Origin: the human T2T-CHM13v2.0 reference genome, Homo sapiens
Direction: 5' to 3' (one strand)
NCBI RefSeq assembly: GCF_009914755.1
Contig: NC_060934.1
DNA length: 64,000 nucleotides
The stretch's first letter is position 1. Each line of letters starts with the position of its first letter. Both the position numbers and the translations under genes were made by a program. Positions 25,075 through 38,861 of this stretch are shown piece by piece. The notes under the pieces were generated by a model, which saw only the letters and a program-made list of their open reading frames with translations, was not told the DNA's origin and did no database searches.

Positions 25075-25624
25075 CTAAGAAAAGAAAAGCAACAATGAAG
25101 TTGCCAGCTCAAAGTCTCCAAGAAAAACTTCAACTGGCTTGAATAACCTTAAGAGATTATTAATACATCAAAAATAATGGCCTGTATTTGGAGAAATTTA
25201 AGTAAATCCCATAAGACTAAATTCTTATGATTCCATATGATCCCAACTGCATCAAAAACCTTCTCCAAAGACATAAGCCCCCTCTTCTCTCCTTCCTCTC
25301 TTTTCTCTTAATCACAAATGAGGCCCTCCACTCACTTTGCTGCTCTGTGTATGTCTCATCTCAGTTAGATTTTCAGCTCCTGGATAGCAAGACACTCTAC
25401 CTCTCCTGAAAAATAAGGGTAATGCTATACAAACGGTAATTCAGTAACTACTCATTGTAAACAGTGATATAACAGGAGATTACATTTTCGTTTGAAAACT
25501 AAAATTATAGCCACATTCCCTCAAGCAAGGGGCTATCACCCAAATTAAAGCAGATACCACTATGTGTTTTAGGCCTTTTTATTTTCCATGAAAATTACTG
25601 AAAATATTTCAAGGTCTGACATAC

Positions 25625-25889
25625 CTATGATGGCCTCCATGATAAAGACATGAAGTACCCCATTGCTGTAGAAGTTGAGTTCGAAGACTGATGGGACAGT
25701 TGTGCTGGGGGTGATAAAAAACTCATCATTCCTGCTAGTGTGGGTGATTGTGACACAATTTCCCAGCAGCTGTATGGCATGCATTACTACATCTTCTGAA
25801 TTTCCTGAGAACCCCAGGTCAAAATCACGAGCCAGGACTTCCTCTTTCATCACAAAGAAGTCTTCGACCAATGTGGAGAGATCAATTCC
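25625..25889 (-). CDS. GPAM: GPAM exon 16
   Basis: 265 nt; GIDLSTLVEDFFVMKEE...VLHVFIMEAII(A). Confidence 0.97.
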
Positions 25890-26687
25890 CTAAAGAAAGA
25901 TGGAAACGGTATCACGATGGTGGAAAACCTACTTTCCAAAAAGCTGAGAGGCCAACATTCCAAGACTTTCTTCTTGCCTTGGCTTTCCTGCAGCTCACTG
26001 CTAGCACATAGAGAAGTAGGGCCAGAACACCAATGCAGAGCGAGTCAGAAAACTACTTAAAAAGCTGGTCCTCCAGGAATGTCAAGGTATTACACATGCT
26101 AGTGAACACTCTAGCCATGACACATGATATGCACACATAAGATCACAAGGGGGAGGAAAAAAGCCATCTGCAAGTAAGGAGTGCTTATTTTTTAGCAAAA
26201 TTTCCTTCATTTTAAATATTTATCTGGCAAATATTTATTTGGTGCCTATATATATTGGCACTGTTTGGTGTTGAGAATATGACTGAACAAGACTGGTGTG
26301 GTCTCTTCCATCATAAAGCTCAGACAAATGTATTTTGGGAGGATAAAGGGTGGGTTCTAAAATGCCAGTCAATTCATTTGGAAAGCATTTGCTTTCAGAA
26401 TATATACCACATGTTAATGAGATAGACCTTATTTACATTAACAGTATTAATCAAGCAATAGCTTAGTACTATATATATTAAGCAGTCTGTTTTGTTTTGT
26501 TTTTAAATGTAGATTCTTCCTCCACCAAGTTGATAAGCTCCTTTGGGCAGGGTCCTCAGCTTATTTTACTGTTTACCTCATAGTACTAGCCATGAGTGGG
26601 CCAAATCTGCCCCTGAATATGTATCTGAGCAGCTGACAAAACATTCTCCTGCTTCCTACTTAACTGCAGGTGACATTGCAGACATAC

Positions 26688-26758
26688 CTGCCTGTGTCTG
26701 TAGAGGAGCAGGCAAGCCACAATGTGTGTGGACATAATGGCACAGGACTTGCTAGCAG
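26688..26758 (-). CDS. GPAM: GPAM exon 15
   Basis: 71 nt; ASKSCAIMSTHIVACLLLYRHRQ. Confidence 0.97.
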
Positions 26759-28718
26759 CTGGAAGGCAAACACAAAGCTTTTTTTAGTTGCACTTTTTAC
26801 AAACATAGCTGAACTTTTTTGAAATACCTAAATTTTAAACAGGAGTATTTAAAACTGTGAAAGTCTTCTATCACATTTCCCATAAGTGTGATTTACCAAA
26901 AGGAAGTTATAATACTACAGTGTTCTGGTATAATGGAACCTCATTAGAGATCACTATTCATCATACAACAGGCTAAGTAAGACAGGTCCAACTTCAATCC
27001 AGGCCAGTGGAATTTAGTTACTGAATGACGAAGAGACACTTTTATTGAAATATCAAGACCCAAAGTACAAGGCTGTTTTAGTTCTACAGGATCTCCCATT
27101 TCCATATTCCTTTACTTGCTCCCACCTACAGTCTATTATAACTACAACTCTGCTTCACTCTTCTTGCTGGTATTCACCATATTAAAACGAAGGTGTAGTA
27201 GAAGGATAACAGCTGACTTGAAGTCAGAAAAATCTGGGCTCAAATCCTAATTTACTCACTAACTAACTTCATGACTTGGGGCAAATTACTTAAATTCCTG
27301 GCCTCACCTTCCTTGCTGATAAAATGAAAATCCTACCTAGCTCATTAGACCACATGAGAATAAAATGACTGGCCCGGCACAGGAGCCACAGTAATGGGTG
27401 CTCAGCATATTTGTATTTCCTCTTTCAACCTGACCCAGAGGTAAGAAGGAAGGGCACAGACACACATTTGAGAATGACTACAGTGCACACCCCTACACTG
27501 AATTTGCATAAAATTATAATTATATAAATCAAATCTGAGAACACCCATGGAATAATCTTAAATCACGATAACATTTGTGAGTTTTCTAAGATAACAATAA
27601 ATTTAAGAATACTTCATTCACCACTGGTAACTGAAGTCGTCTCCAGTGTTAAAAAAAAGTACTCAGTACTATATGTATAGCTATTAAAAATATTTATAAA
27701 GAATTTTTAAATATGAATATTGTGTTATAAATGGAAAGCTGCACAATACAAAACTGTAAAAAATATTTTTAGAGACTACACAGCAACACCACTGGTTATT
27801 TGGGTAATGGGTTTTTGCTGTCTATTTCATCTTTATTTTCAAACTTTTTAACAATAAGGTATTATTTTTTGTATCCAGATTTTAAGCAGGATAGAGACAT
27901 AATCAAATGTGCTTGAGAAAGAATCCTCTGACCCAAAGTCAAGCAGGAATAGGGGCCTCCAGAATGGGAGGAGCAAGGTGAGGGAGGAAGGCCTCCCCAG
28001 TAGCATTGGCAGGGGGTGCGGAGAGTATCATCAGGGTCCTGGCCCAGAGAGCAGCAAGAAAGAAATCACAACTAGGCTGAGCACCAAAGAACCACTGTGC
28101 TGCCTTGGGATTTTAAAGCAGCCTCCACAACAGTACACAATTGTACAGCTTGGAACTTAAAGAAGACTGGTCCTGCAGTGAACTCACACTCCTCTCCTCT
28201 CTAGGTTCACTTTAATTATTTGTGTATAACCATCCCACTGACAAGAACATAAGCTCATTGAGTTCAGAACCATTAATTATTCATTTTGTATTCTCCACGG
28301 CTAAGGCAAAGCTTTATACAAGGCCACTCATATTTGCTGCATTACAAAAACTCATGGGGTCAAAGGAGAAATGGACATGCAACTATAAATCTAGACGTTG
28401 TACCACAAATTAGTTCAAGTAGTTCAAATAAAACACATTAATGAGCAACAGAGGCAACAAATCATTTTAATAACTATTTTTAAAAAGTACAACAACTACC
28501 ACATGAACACCTACTAATTACCAGACACTGTATAAGATGTTTAACTCCAATTATCTCAAATCCTCACGGTATCACCTTCTTTCTAATAACTTACCTATCA
28601 CCACCTGTGAATTAATAGAAGTGGAAACTAACCTCAGCAGATTCCAAAATCTGTATAGTTTGCACCATACCATGATGAATCTAAATTGTAGAATTAAAGA
28701 GTCTGGTATTCTACTTAC

Positions 28719-28834
28719 TGAATAGAATATGCTCAGCCAGATTTGCAATCAACCTCCTTCGTAGGGATTCATCTGTTGCATTTCTGGACTCATTAATGGA
28801 CGTGTCTCTACCTTCATCAGCAGCATCACTGGGT
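28719..28834 (-). CDS. GPAM: GPAM exon 14
   Basis: 116 nt; PSDAADEGRDTSINESRNATDESLRRRLIANLAEHILF(T). Confidence 0.97.
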
Positions 28835-29542
28835 CTAAAAAGTGTTTCAAAAATGAACACACAACCGCACTCTTTTACAAGGCAAACCATGTGGAACTGA
28901 TCTTTAAATGAATTAGATACTTTAAATTACTATATATTTTAAATTTAAACCACAAACAGATTATTTCTATGGCTTATTTTCCTCCATAATATACTACATT
29001 ATGGCCTGGCCAAAACATGTTATTTAGTTATGACTAAATAGTCTGTTGATACACCACTTCCAAAACCACTGGCAGAAAGAATACATAATTCAAGATGCCT
29101 TATTTTAAAACATTTCTGAAAATTCAACACTTCCACATATTAAAGGAAAGGCTTCATATTCAATTTCTCTAAGTTAAAATTCAATTTGAATTCAATTTGA
29201 ATTCCGAAAAATTCAAACAGCAAAATTCTTTCATATGGTTCACTTACATACAATATGCATAACCTACTACCAAAAAAACTCAGTTCAAGCATTCAAAAAG
29301 CATAAATCAATTAGGAACTCCTATATGAGTCACAAAATCAAAAAGTTATAAGCAAATAATTAAAAACTTCCAAACTAATATGAAAACATGTCATCTCAAT
29401 ATCCCTTATTGGACTAAGAGAAAAGTTACTTAAGAAGTGAAAATAAGAATGTGCGCATTTTTAATAAGGTTAATCTATGCAATACAAGAAATAACAGATG
29501 TTTGGTAGCTTGATTAGCATTAAACAATTCTACAAATTTTAC

Positions 29543-29628
29543 CTTGAAGGAAGTATAGCTGGTAACAACGCTTGCTCCAGGGAAAGTAGAGCAGACACCG
29601 GTTTCTGACTTTGGCTTTCTAAATATTC
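29543..29628 (-). CDS. GPAM: GPAM exon 13
   Basis: 86 nt; EYLESQSQKPVSALLSLEQALLPAILPS(R). Confidence 0.97.
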
Positions 29629-30419
29629 CTGGAGAAAAAAACACAACATGATCATTTACCCTCACTTTCGCACCAACATATAAAATGTAATTTCATCTTC
29701 CAAAGGTTAAAAGGGAGTTGTTTATGAAATAAGCCATGCTATAGAGCATGGGAAATACTTTCTATATCCTAAACTGTCTTCAGAAGTCCAGAATGATTCA
29801 CAGAATGCTGCTAAGCATGAAACTGAACTTGAACACTGAAGACACAAAGAATAGGATGCTTAAACAAAATCATTTTAAAATTAAAAGAAATTTTTAACTT
29901 TTCTCACACATCATCATAAAACTGACATTCTTAATATCATTAATAGTGATGATAGACATAATCATACTTAAAAAAATCTGGCAACCCAAGGGTCACATTA
30001 TTTTCAAAAGAACCTCAATCTAAAAGCAAATCATAACAAGACAGAGAAGCTATGTGACCATTTAAAAAATAAAGAGAAAGAAAGTGGCAAGAAATGATAA
30101 GGTTCTAAAAGATCAAAGCATTTAAGGTTAGCAAGCATCTACCACAGCAGCTGGAATCTCTTAAAGTTAAGCCAGGAAGTAGAATAAAAGGAGAGGCGGG
30201 ACCTTCTGCTCCTTATCCCTGGGCTCCCTACTTCTGTACCCATTTTTCTCCTTCTCCTTTACAATTTGAATACCTTAAGAATTTAAACCAGCAAGGGCCT
30301 CAGGGACCTGCCAGTCCCAGACTTTCAATGAGGATGGCACTATCCTTTGGGATGTGTGGGTACTGGATTCTACACAATAGGACATAGAGAGCATTATCCT
30401 GTCAAATTCACCCAGCTTT

Positions 30420-30731
<312 letters not shown>

Positions 30732-30879
30732 TTAGGGGAGGTGTTTGGAAAAATTTCCCCTAAAGGCAATTTTGAAACATAAGATATAAATACGTATTAT
30801 AAAGGCACATGCAAGATTCCCATGAATTTTTATTTTTTTACAATTATTTATTCATTTATTCATTCATCCATCTCAAAAT

Positions 30880-31160
30880 TTTTTTGACTTTTGGGGTTAA
30901 TTGATATATAATACTTGTACATATTTTGGGGTACATGTGATATTTTGATATCTATATACAATGTGTAATGATAAAATCAGGGTAATTGGGATAACCATCA
31001 CCTCAAACACTTAGCTTTTTGTGGGGGGTTGGGAATATTACAATTCTTCTCTTTTAGTTATTTTGAAATATACAATAAATTACTGCTAACTATAATTTCC
31101 CTACTGTACTATCAAATACTAAAACTTATTCCTTCTACCTGTTTTTTGTTCCCCTTAGAT
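30880..31160 (-). mobile_element. L1MA 3' end fragment
   Basis: cttgtacatattttggggtacatgtgatattttgata...ttttgaaatatacaataaatt. Confidence 0.75.
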
Positions 31161-31419
31161 GGTCATGAATTAAAAAAAAATAATAATAGCAATAAATGTT
31201 GAGCCTGATATCTCCCAAAAACAGATACTCACTCTCCTTTGTCAATAGGCAAATTTTGTGGAAAAATTTAGACAACACCACCTTTATCATAGTCCTCATT
31301 TTACAGGAGAGCAAACTGCAGCCCCAAGTCACACAGAGAGGTGCTGTTAAGAGTCAGCACTGGAGCCTCCTGACTCCAGGTAGATGCTTCAACATGGTTT
31401 CATTTCAACAGACACTCAC

Positions 31420-31533
31420 CTTTAAGGAAAATGGCTGTGCAAAATCCACTCGGACACAACCATAGTTTTTTCGTAACATTCTAATAACACCTCTTGCTAC
31501 ACTCCACAGGCTCTCATTCTTCTTAGGTTTGCC
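31420..31533 (-). CDS. GPAM: GPAM exon 12
   Basis: 114 nt; GKPKKNESLWSVARGVIRMLRKNYGCVRVDFAQPFSLK. Confidence 0.97.
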
Positions 31534-32319
31534 CTAAATTCCAATAGTGAGAATAACATGGTGAGAAATAAAGCCAACACATACACAAACATTCTATTAT
31601 CCACAGAATAACTTGTTTTATGGAAACTGTAAGTTCATCTTGAAGAAGAACAATGAATGAAGAAGGAAAGGAGGCATTCATTAACTGCGGCCTGTCAGAA
31701 AACGTTTAGTATTCAAAGATGTAATCATGTCATTGGGAGATGGAATTCAGTCAATGAAAAACAAAACATTTAATACTATTTCATTTAGTATCATGTTCAC
31801 ACAATTCACAAAAATACAATTGCAAACTAATGAAGGAAAAAATGACATAGCCTGGAAAACTTCTGTGGTTCTTAAACAAGAATAAAACATCAAAGAGGCC
31901 ATTTATCTGAGGTCTGATGATCACCAGAGTCTAAATGTCTAATATTAGGCAAGTAATTGCAAATCCAGCCTTACAGTGGCCTTTGAGCTGAGTATTCATT
32001 CAGTAAATACCTAGTATCTATTACACATAAGGCACAATGACAGGACATATAACGGTCACAGACTCAGATATGAACTCGTGAGACACAGTCAGGATGAGTA
32101 GGGTATACATCAAGGACAGATTCATAGAACACAAGGAGAAGAGTGTCATACAGATCATATCACTTAATTTGTAAGCCTATCACTTAATTTCTAAAGCCTC
32201 TGATTGTCAGACGTCCTTGAATTTCTGACATGTCTGGAGCCGTAAGCTTGAAATAAGTACCTCAGCCAAAATTTCCACAATAAATAAGAACAAAACTAAA
32301 TTCCTCTTGAACTCTAACT

Positions 32320-32885
32320 GCTGACTGGAGTGGTAAGCTGGTAAAACCATTCTGATAAAGTGGTTGGCAGTACCTACTAAAGCTGAAAATACATATTTTT
32401 TAAGACCCATCAGTTCTTCTCCTAGGCACATACCCAACAAAATGAATATATATGGTCATCAAGAAAAAATATCCAAGAATGATTACAGCCAAACATTTTG
32501 TTAACAGTAGAATAAATTATGGTATACCATACACTGGAATACTACACAGCTATGAGAAGGAATAGACTACATGCAACAATGTGGATGAATCTCACAAACA
32601 CCTGCTTAAGCAAAGGAAACCAGATGCGTACAGACCACATGTTATCCAATTTACGTAAGTGCAAAAATATGCAAAACTAACCCAGTCTGTAAGAAATGAA
32701 ATTAATCATTACCCTTGCGGGGATGATGATAGGAGAAGCACAAGGAGGGTTTCAAAGGTCCTGGTAATATTGTTCCTTGATCTGGGTGCTAGTTGCATAG
32801 ATGTATTCACTTTGTGATAATTCAAGCTACATGCCTATGATTTATATACTCTTTTGTAACTATTATACTTCAATAAAAAGGTATA
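32320..32885 (+). mobile_element. L1ME-like fragment
   Basis: L1M 3' motifs (gcaacaatgtggatgaatctcacaaac...tatacttcaataaaaa). Confidence 0.7.
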
Positions 32886-33329
32886 CTGAAAAAGTCATTG
32901 CTACCTCTCAAATTAATCTGTAGGTGTTTTTGCCAACATGACCCCACAAGTTCTTCAAGCCCAATTTAAAATATGCACATATTCATTAAGCCCTGGGGAG
33001 AACAAACCGCAGATAACCTTCCACAGCAGAGATGGCAACACGGTGGCAAGTCTTCTCCCACTTCCCAATCCCATGACCAAGGTCGGCACTGATAAATCTA
33101 ACCAGGTCACTTCTGCCAAGCTCAAGAAAACACCACATAAGCACTACCAATCAAGTTAAAGATAGGGCATGAAAGCTACTCACCATGCCCATCCAATCAC
33201 ATTTCATACAGTGCTTTAAACATAGGGAGTACCAAAAAAAATTCTTAATTCTAAAAGCAAATGTAAATTCTAAAAGTTAAATCTAAAAGACTTGATAAGC
33301 AAAGAAAACTTTTGTGTAGGTACCCTTAC

Positions 33330-33542
33330 CAGTTGTTCACCATTGTAGTGACCTTCGATAATGCGATCATAGGAGATTCCAACAGGTATTATCAAGATGT
33401 CTGGGATGACATTGGTAGACAGAGTATCTACCACAACTGACAAAAGTCCTGCCCGAGCACAAGAGGTTTTTCCACTCCTAGAACGTGTGCCTTCCAGGAA
33501 GATCTCCAAGAATTGCTGCTGTCGAAGTAATTCAACTATATG
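33330..33542 (-). CDS. GPAM: GPAM exon 11 (blocks III FLEGTRSR and IV IIPVGISY)
   Basis: 213 nt; HIVELLRQQQFLEIFLEGTRSRSGK...HYNGEQL; lies within ORF 33270..33587. Confidence 0.98.
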
Positions 33543-33710
33543 CTGGGATATAAGAAGAAAGTAAAACATACATTCAAGACCACTCAACTTAGAATGAGCT
33601 CAGAAAAATTAAATCTTTAAAAGCAAAACAGAAAAAACGATAACTTCACTACTGACAAAGTATCTTATTCACACTAATAAAACAGCTCCTCCAATGCTAT
33701 ATTTTGGTAA

Positions 33711-33733
33711 TAACAACAACAACAACAACAACA
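33711..33733. repeat. (AAC)n microsatellite
   Basis: aacaacaacaacaacaacaacaa. Confidence 0.85.
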
Positions 33734-33870
33734 AATTACCAAACTCCAGCAATAATCACTCCAGTTACTCAAAGAGCAGTTTTTAAAAATCTCAACTCAA
33801 AAGAGTCATTTTTCCTTCCACTGTGATAACCAACACAATGTCCCTAAGGATAATTAGAGATCACACATAC

Positions 33871-33970
33871 CCCATGGAGCAAAGCTCTATAGAGAACATC
33901 TTTCCGTCCATCTGGTGTTTCATCGAGCCTTCGTCGTATGAAGAAGCCCCCAAGCTTATGGATCAAGGTA
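33871..33970 (-). CDS. GPAM: GPAM exon 10 (block II GFFIRR)
   Basis: 100 nt; TLIHKLGGFFIRRRLDETPDGRKDVLYRALLHG. Confidence 0.97.
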
Positions 33971-34702
33971 CTATAAATTCAGAATACATGAATTATTTAC
34001 AAAGAAAAATGTAAAAAGAATACTCACATTCCAAGTTAATTGAAAACATTTGCCAAGTGGATACAAGCCATATGTGCCGTTTGAGCAGCTGACAGTAAAA
34101 ATGCAGGCATTTTTTTCATTTTCCATATTATCGACATGTTTCAGTCATTTACATTGTTCATCCGTCTTTGGGATATCACTGTGTATAATGAGCCTCTATT
34201 ATATCTGTTCCAAGCCAAAAGGAGTTTGCATGACATATTACCCGTAAAAATGATAGTATAGATTTTAAGAGGATTATAGAACACTTCTAAATTTTAAAAT
34301 CCTGCCCAGGGTCTCAAGACACTGACCCTTAGACATTCTGAAATTTGCGCATGGCATGTTTACTACAAAATGAATATGATGTTTATTACGAAAGCTCCTT
34401 GGGGGAAATTTTCTCAAATAATTATTGTTTACAGAGGATCCTTGTGAGACAAAAACAATTTTATCCAACTGAAACCAAGCATAACCATCTTTCCAAAACA
34501 TGAAACAAAAATGTGCTTCATTTGCACATACACAGGCATAAAACGATTCTTTTCCTAACCCTATGTCTCTTTCTACAACACTAATTTTGATATGAAGTTG
34601 AAACTGTCTAAGTCAATCTTTCCAAACTCACAGCCTCCTATTCTTTTCAAGTAGAGTGATACTAACATAAACATTAATATATATTTTTGGTATCCTCTAC
34701 AG

Positions 34703-35213
34703 CAGTGGTCCCAAACCCCGGGGCCACGGACCAATACCGGTCCCCGGCCTGTTAGGAAGCGGGCCACACAGCAGGAGATGAGTGGCAGGCAAGCAAGCAA
34801 AGCTTCATCTATATTTACAGCCATTCCCCATCACTTGCATTACCCTCTGAGCTCCGCCTCCTGTCAGATCAGCAACAGCATTAGATTCTCATAGGATAGG
34901 AGCGCAAATCCTATTGTGAACTGCACATCTGCCCATGAGGGATCTAGGTTGTGCATTCCTTATGAGAATCTAATGCCTGATGATCTGTCACTGTCTCCTA
35001 TCACCCCCAGTTGGGACCGTCTAGTGATTCTACATTATGATGAGTTGTATAATTATTTCTTTATATATTACAAAGTAATAATAATAGAAATAAAGTGCAC
35101 AATAAATGTAACATGCTTGAATCATCCCAAAACCATCCTCCCCACCCCCATGGTCTGTGGAAATTGTCTTCCATGAAACTGGTCCCTGATGCCAAAAAGG
35201 TTGGGGACCACTG
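34703..35213. mobile_element. MER1A-like (hAT-Charlie) DNA transposon
   Basis: TIRs CAGTGGTCCC...GGGGACCACTG; perfect 8-bp TSD CTCTACAG at 34695-34702 and 35214-35221. Confidence 0.9.
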
Positions 35214-35959
35214 CTCTACAGTAAATAGAAGGAGGCCACAGTAAGGTGTTGCCAAAGCTTAGTATCACTCTTTGAGAGTAAAACTCTGCAGAATAAAATG
35301 AATGAGATGAGCCATCCACAAAAATAACACCTGAGAAGTGGTTTGTGAATGGGTAGACTGTCATGTAACAAAAGAAAGCTGCACAAAAACAGGCTGGGCT
35401 AACTACAGCCTGCTGTGTCTGAAGGACAGGTGAGCTACACAGTCACTGGCATAGAGTCCATGAAAGGGAAGTTGGATTACAAAAAATTATCAGTGTTTAT
35501 TAAGCAGTTCCAAGAAATCCTAATTGAGAACCAAATGTGAAGGAAATGGGTATAGGAAATATTCTAATTACAAGAGAAGCAAGGCTTCTCTAGAGCCCCA
35601 GTGGAATAGTCCTCTTCCCTCTAAGTCTGTGCCCACCAGAAACTTCCTGATGACTTTCTAATTCAGTTTCCCGGTTCCTTGTTCCTGGAGAGAGGTCCCC
35701 TGGAGAGCAAACACAGATATTCTAATTCCTGGAAAAGCACATCTACCCTGTAGAATCATATCACACGCTATTACAGCTAGCTGTCTGTCTACATTATCCA
35801 TTAAGCTATGTGAAGGCAAGGACTATATATTTTGTTCTCTCTTGTCTAAAGCACAGCTGGATAAATATCACTGACTGCATGAATCCATGGCTTCTCTTCA
35901 GTTGGGTCACAAGAGTCTGGTTAGCTACAGAACTCTGAAAGCCTATAGAACTCTGAACC

Positions 35960-36810
35960 AAGGGATTAAGAAGGAGCTCCTTAGACTGTGATACTGAGGA
36001 CACAGCACACAAAGGTGACGAAGGCCATCTTGTGAAGCTCCACCTGCACAACCTGCCAGCCCACTTTCCTTCCAGTCTCTTTCTAAATTCATGCTCCTTT
36101 TATCCACTCTCTACCCACAGAGCTGACCTTAGAGATGCTTTGTCCTTTCAGGTTTGAAACTTTTAATTTCCCAAACCAGCTCAACCAGTTCCTCACCAAT
36201 TCTTTGTTGGTGATCAGACCTACCACCTACCCAGTTTCCTAGGTGGTAAACACCTGGGAATCTTGCTCCTTCCTCTCCCCCTCTATTGAGCCCCCATAGG
36301 GACTAGCACTGGGTCTTTAAATTCGAGCTACTAAGTACTTTTTAAATCTATGCCCTCCTGTCCAAAAACAATACTACAATTTAAACCTCCATTATCTTCT
36401 GCCTGAACTATCCTAATGGAAGCAGAATTGATTTCATTCTTTCTAATCCAGAATGACCTTTCAAAATACAAACCTGAACATGTCATTTCTCAAGTACAGG
36501 ACAGACTCTAATCTCTTGGCTTAGAAATTGTTTTGATCCAGCTTTCACTACCTACACAGCTACCACCTCCAGTCTCTGATCCTTCCTAATGCATCCCATA
36601 TTCCCACCTTACCCAATTGTCCATCACTTCCCAACCATACCATGCTCCTGTATCTCTCCGCATTTGCACATACTATTTCCCCTGAATGGAACGCATTGAG
36701 GAAAACCTCTAAAAAACCTTTCAAAAGGTGAAAACCTCTAAAACATACCTTTCACATGATATTGTACTTTTTAAGTGGTTCTAGCTCTACTAAATTATGA
36801 GGTCAAAGTA
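35960..36810 (+). mobile_element. L2 fragment(s)
   Basis: Pyrimidine-rich L2-like text (ccagaatgacctttcaaaatacaaacctgaacatgtca...catttgcacatactatttcc). Confidence 0.5.
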
Positions 36811-37199
36811 ACAGGTATGGTTGTCTTTATATCACTAACCCTTCTCCCACTTCACTGCCCCCTCCTCCACCAAACAACTCCCTACTGCTGAGCCTGGTAT
36901 GGTAATTTGCTATCTTGCCTTTCTAATTGCCTTTTATCTATTTGATAAATAATGCCCATAAAGTTTAGGTAGTCACAGTTCACCAAGTATCCCATATAAA
37001 ATATATAAATAATGATGATAGTCTTAATGCATTTTTGCACTCTCCAAATTTTACACAATAACTATGTATCACTTTTATAATAAAAGAAAAAAGGCTAATG
37101 TCATCTTTACAATAACATATCGAAAGCTATAATTTAAAAAATTAAAATTCAAAACATAATCTTTTTAATTCCTTAAATTCCAAAATAAGCTCATCTTAC

Positions 37200-37336
37200 C
37201 TGAAGATTGGGATGTTGAGATTATTGCCTGAAGCAATGTATGGTGCTTTGATGTTATGGCAGAAGAGAATGAAAGTGAGCAGCAGATAGTCAATATGGGA
37301 TCTATGAACTGGTAGAAACAGAAGCGGCAAATTCGT
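37200..37336 (-). CDS. GPAM: GPAM exon 9 (catalytic HxxxxD motif, H230/D235)
   Basis: 137 nt; TNLPLLFLPVHRSHIDYLLLTFILFCHNIKAPYIASGNNLNIPIF(S). Confidence 0.97.
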
Positions 37337-37987
37337 CTAGCAAAGGGAAAAATGCCAAATTTAAAACTCAAATGTAAAATTCAATCACACTTTGCAACTG
37401 CATATTTGGCTAGAGTCACTCAAACACTGGCTAATCAGTGACTCACTCTTTAAAAACATTTTCCAATAATAGGAACTTCCTTCAATGTAATACTTTCTGA
37501 GCTAAAAAGAAAAAGAGCAACTATAACAACAGAAATAAGTTGGGGGAAGAAGAGCAATCAAGAGTTCCAGTTGACCTATACCCTTTCTGAGAAGCAGCTC
37601 CACTGATATAAAAAGAGCACAGGTTTTGGAGTCAGGCTTGGTTTGATTTGAAATCCAGGGCAAGTCACTTATTATCTGCCACTTGAGACAACCTATTTAT
37701 CTATCTGTGTCTCTATTGCTTCATCTACAAAATAGGGATTGTTCTACCAGATTTTCAGGGTTGTTGCAAGGTAACTTACAAAAGGAATCCTGCATATTGC
37801 TAGTAAGTACTCCTGTATCTCATTTCTCCTCCCCAAATACACAGCTATTGAAGTTATCATAAATGAGGGAAATCTTCCAAATGGGTTGAAATACATCACA
37901 GTACACAAGAAAACATTTCCACAAGAACCCTAAAACCACTCTACAATTGAGGGGAAAATGGGGTAATAGATTCACAGAAATTCTTGC

Positions 37988-38084
37988 CTCAGTTGCAGCT
38001 TTAACCATCTCAAGTTGACCTTTGTGAATTTGAATGTTCCAAAAGAAGCTGTTGAACAGTTTTAGCAGCACCCACCCAGTCAGT
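37988..38084 (-). CDS. GPAM: GPAM exon 8 (followed by a GC donor)
   Basis: 97 nt; LTGWVLLKLFNSFFWNIQIHKGQLEMVKAATE; donor GAG|GCAAGA. Confidence 0.95.
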
Positions 38085-38714
38085 CTGAAACAAAGTACAA
38101 ACAAAAAAAACAACATAAATGAACACACGTTATTTTTACATACAAGCACATACAGTTGACTTCTGTCTACTTAAATTTATGGACCTACAACCTCAAAGTA
38201 CTTGTAAATGACTTAGTGTGTGTGCACATGCATGCACGTATGTCTGAATTGCTGAACTAGAGCTAATTATATATATATATACTACTTACAGAAGTATCCA
38301 TTTATTATAGACTACAGTCATAGTTCACTCTAATAACATTTTATACTGCAGAAGCAAATGACCAAGGCGAATGAATATTTAGTGAGCAGAATGATCCCTC
38401 TGATGTACACAAACCACTCCTTTTATGACTCAGATACGTGAAAGTTGATTCACAAGCAGTCTAGGTGAGCAGATGTTAGTAGTAATACATTGGCTGCTAT
38501 CAATTAACAGATATGAAGGCACCTTCAAGCCTACCACAGTGCTACTTTGCACGAAAGCTGAATAAGAATATAAGAAGAGTTTAATTTAATATCAGGATTC
38601 ATTAAAACATCTTTTGGACAAAGAGAACTGTGCTAGGAAAGTTCAATAATTCAGTCTTATTTGCTCAAATCAGCATGGCTGTGATTGAAAGCTTTCTGCC
38701 TTGCCTTTTAATAC

Positions 38715-38861
38715 CTGATCATTGCCGGTGAGACAGTGGCAACCATTTCTTGAAGAATCCTTTTAGCTTTCTTTTTCACTTTGTTAACGGCTTTTGATTG
38801 CTGCTGGGCAGAACCATCAGGGTTTAATTCAGCAGCCACTTCTGCAATTGCCTCTTGTACT
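38715..38861 (-). CDS. GPAM: GPAM exon 7
   Basis: 147 nt; VQEAIAEVAAELNPDG...VATVSPAMI(R). Confidence 0.97.

Noticed and set aside
25700-25730. DEFFITPS as a FFAT (VAP-binding) motif in GPAT1
   Set aside because: Position 4 is Ile rather than D/E/S/T and there is no strong upstream acidic tract.
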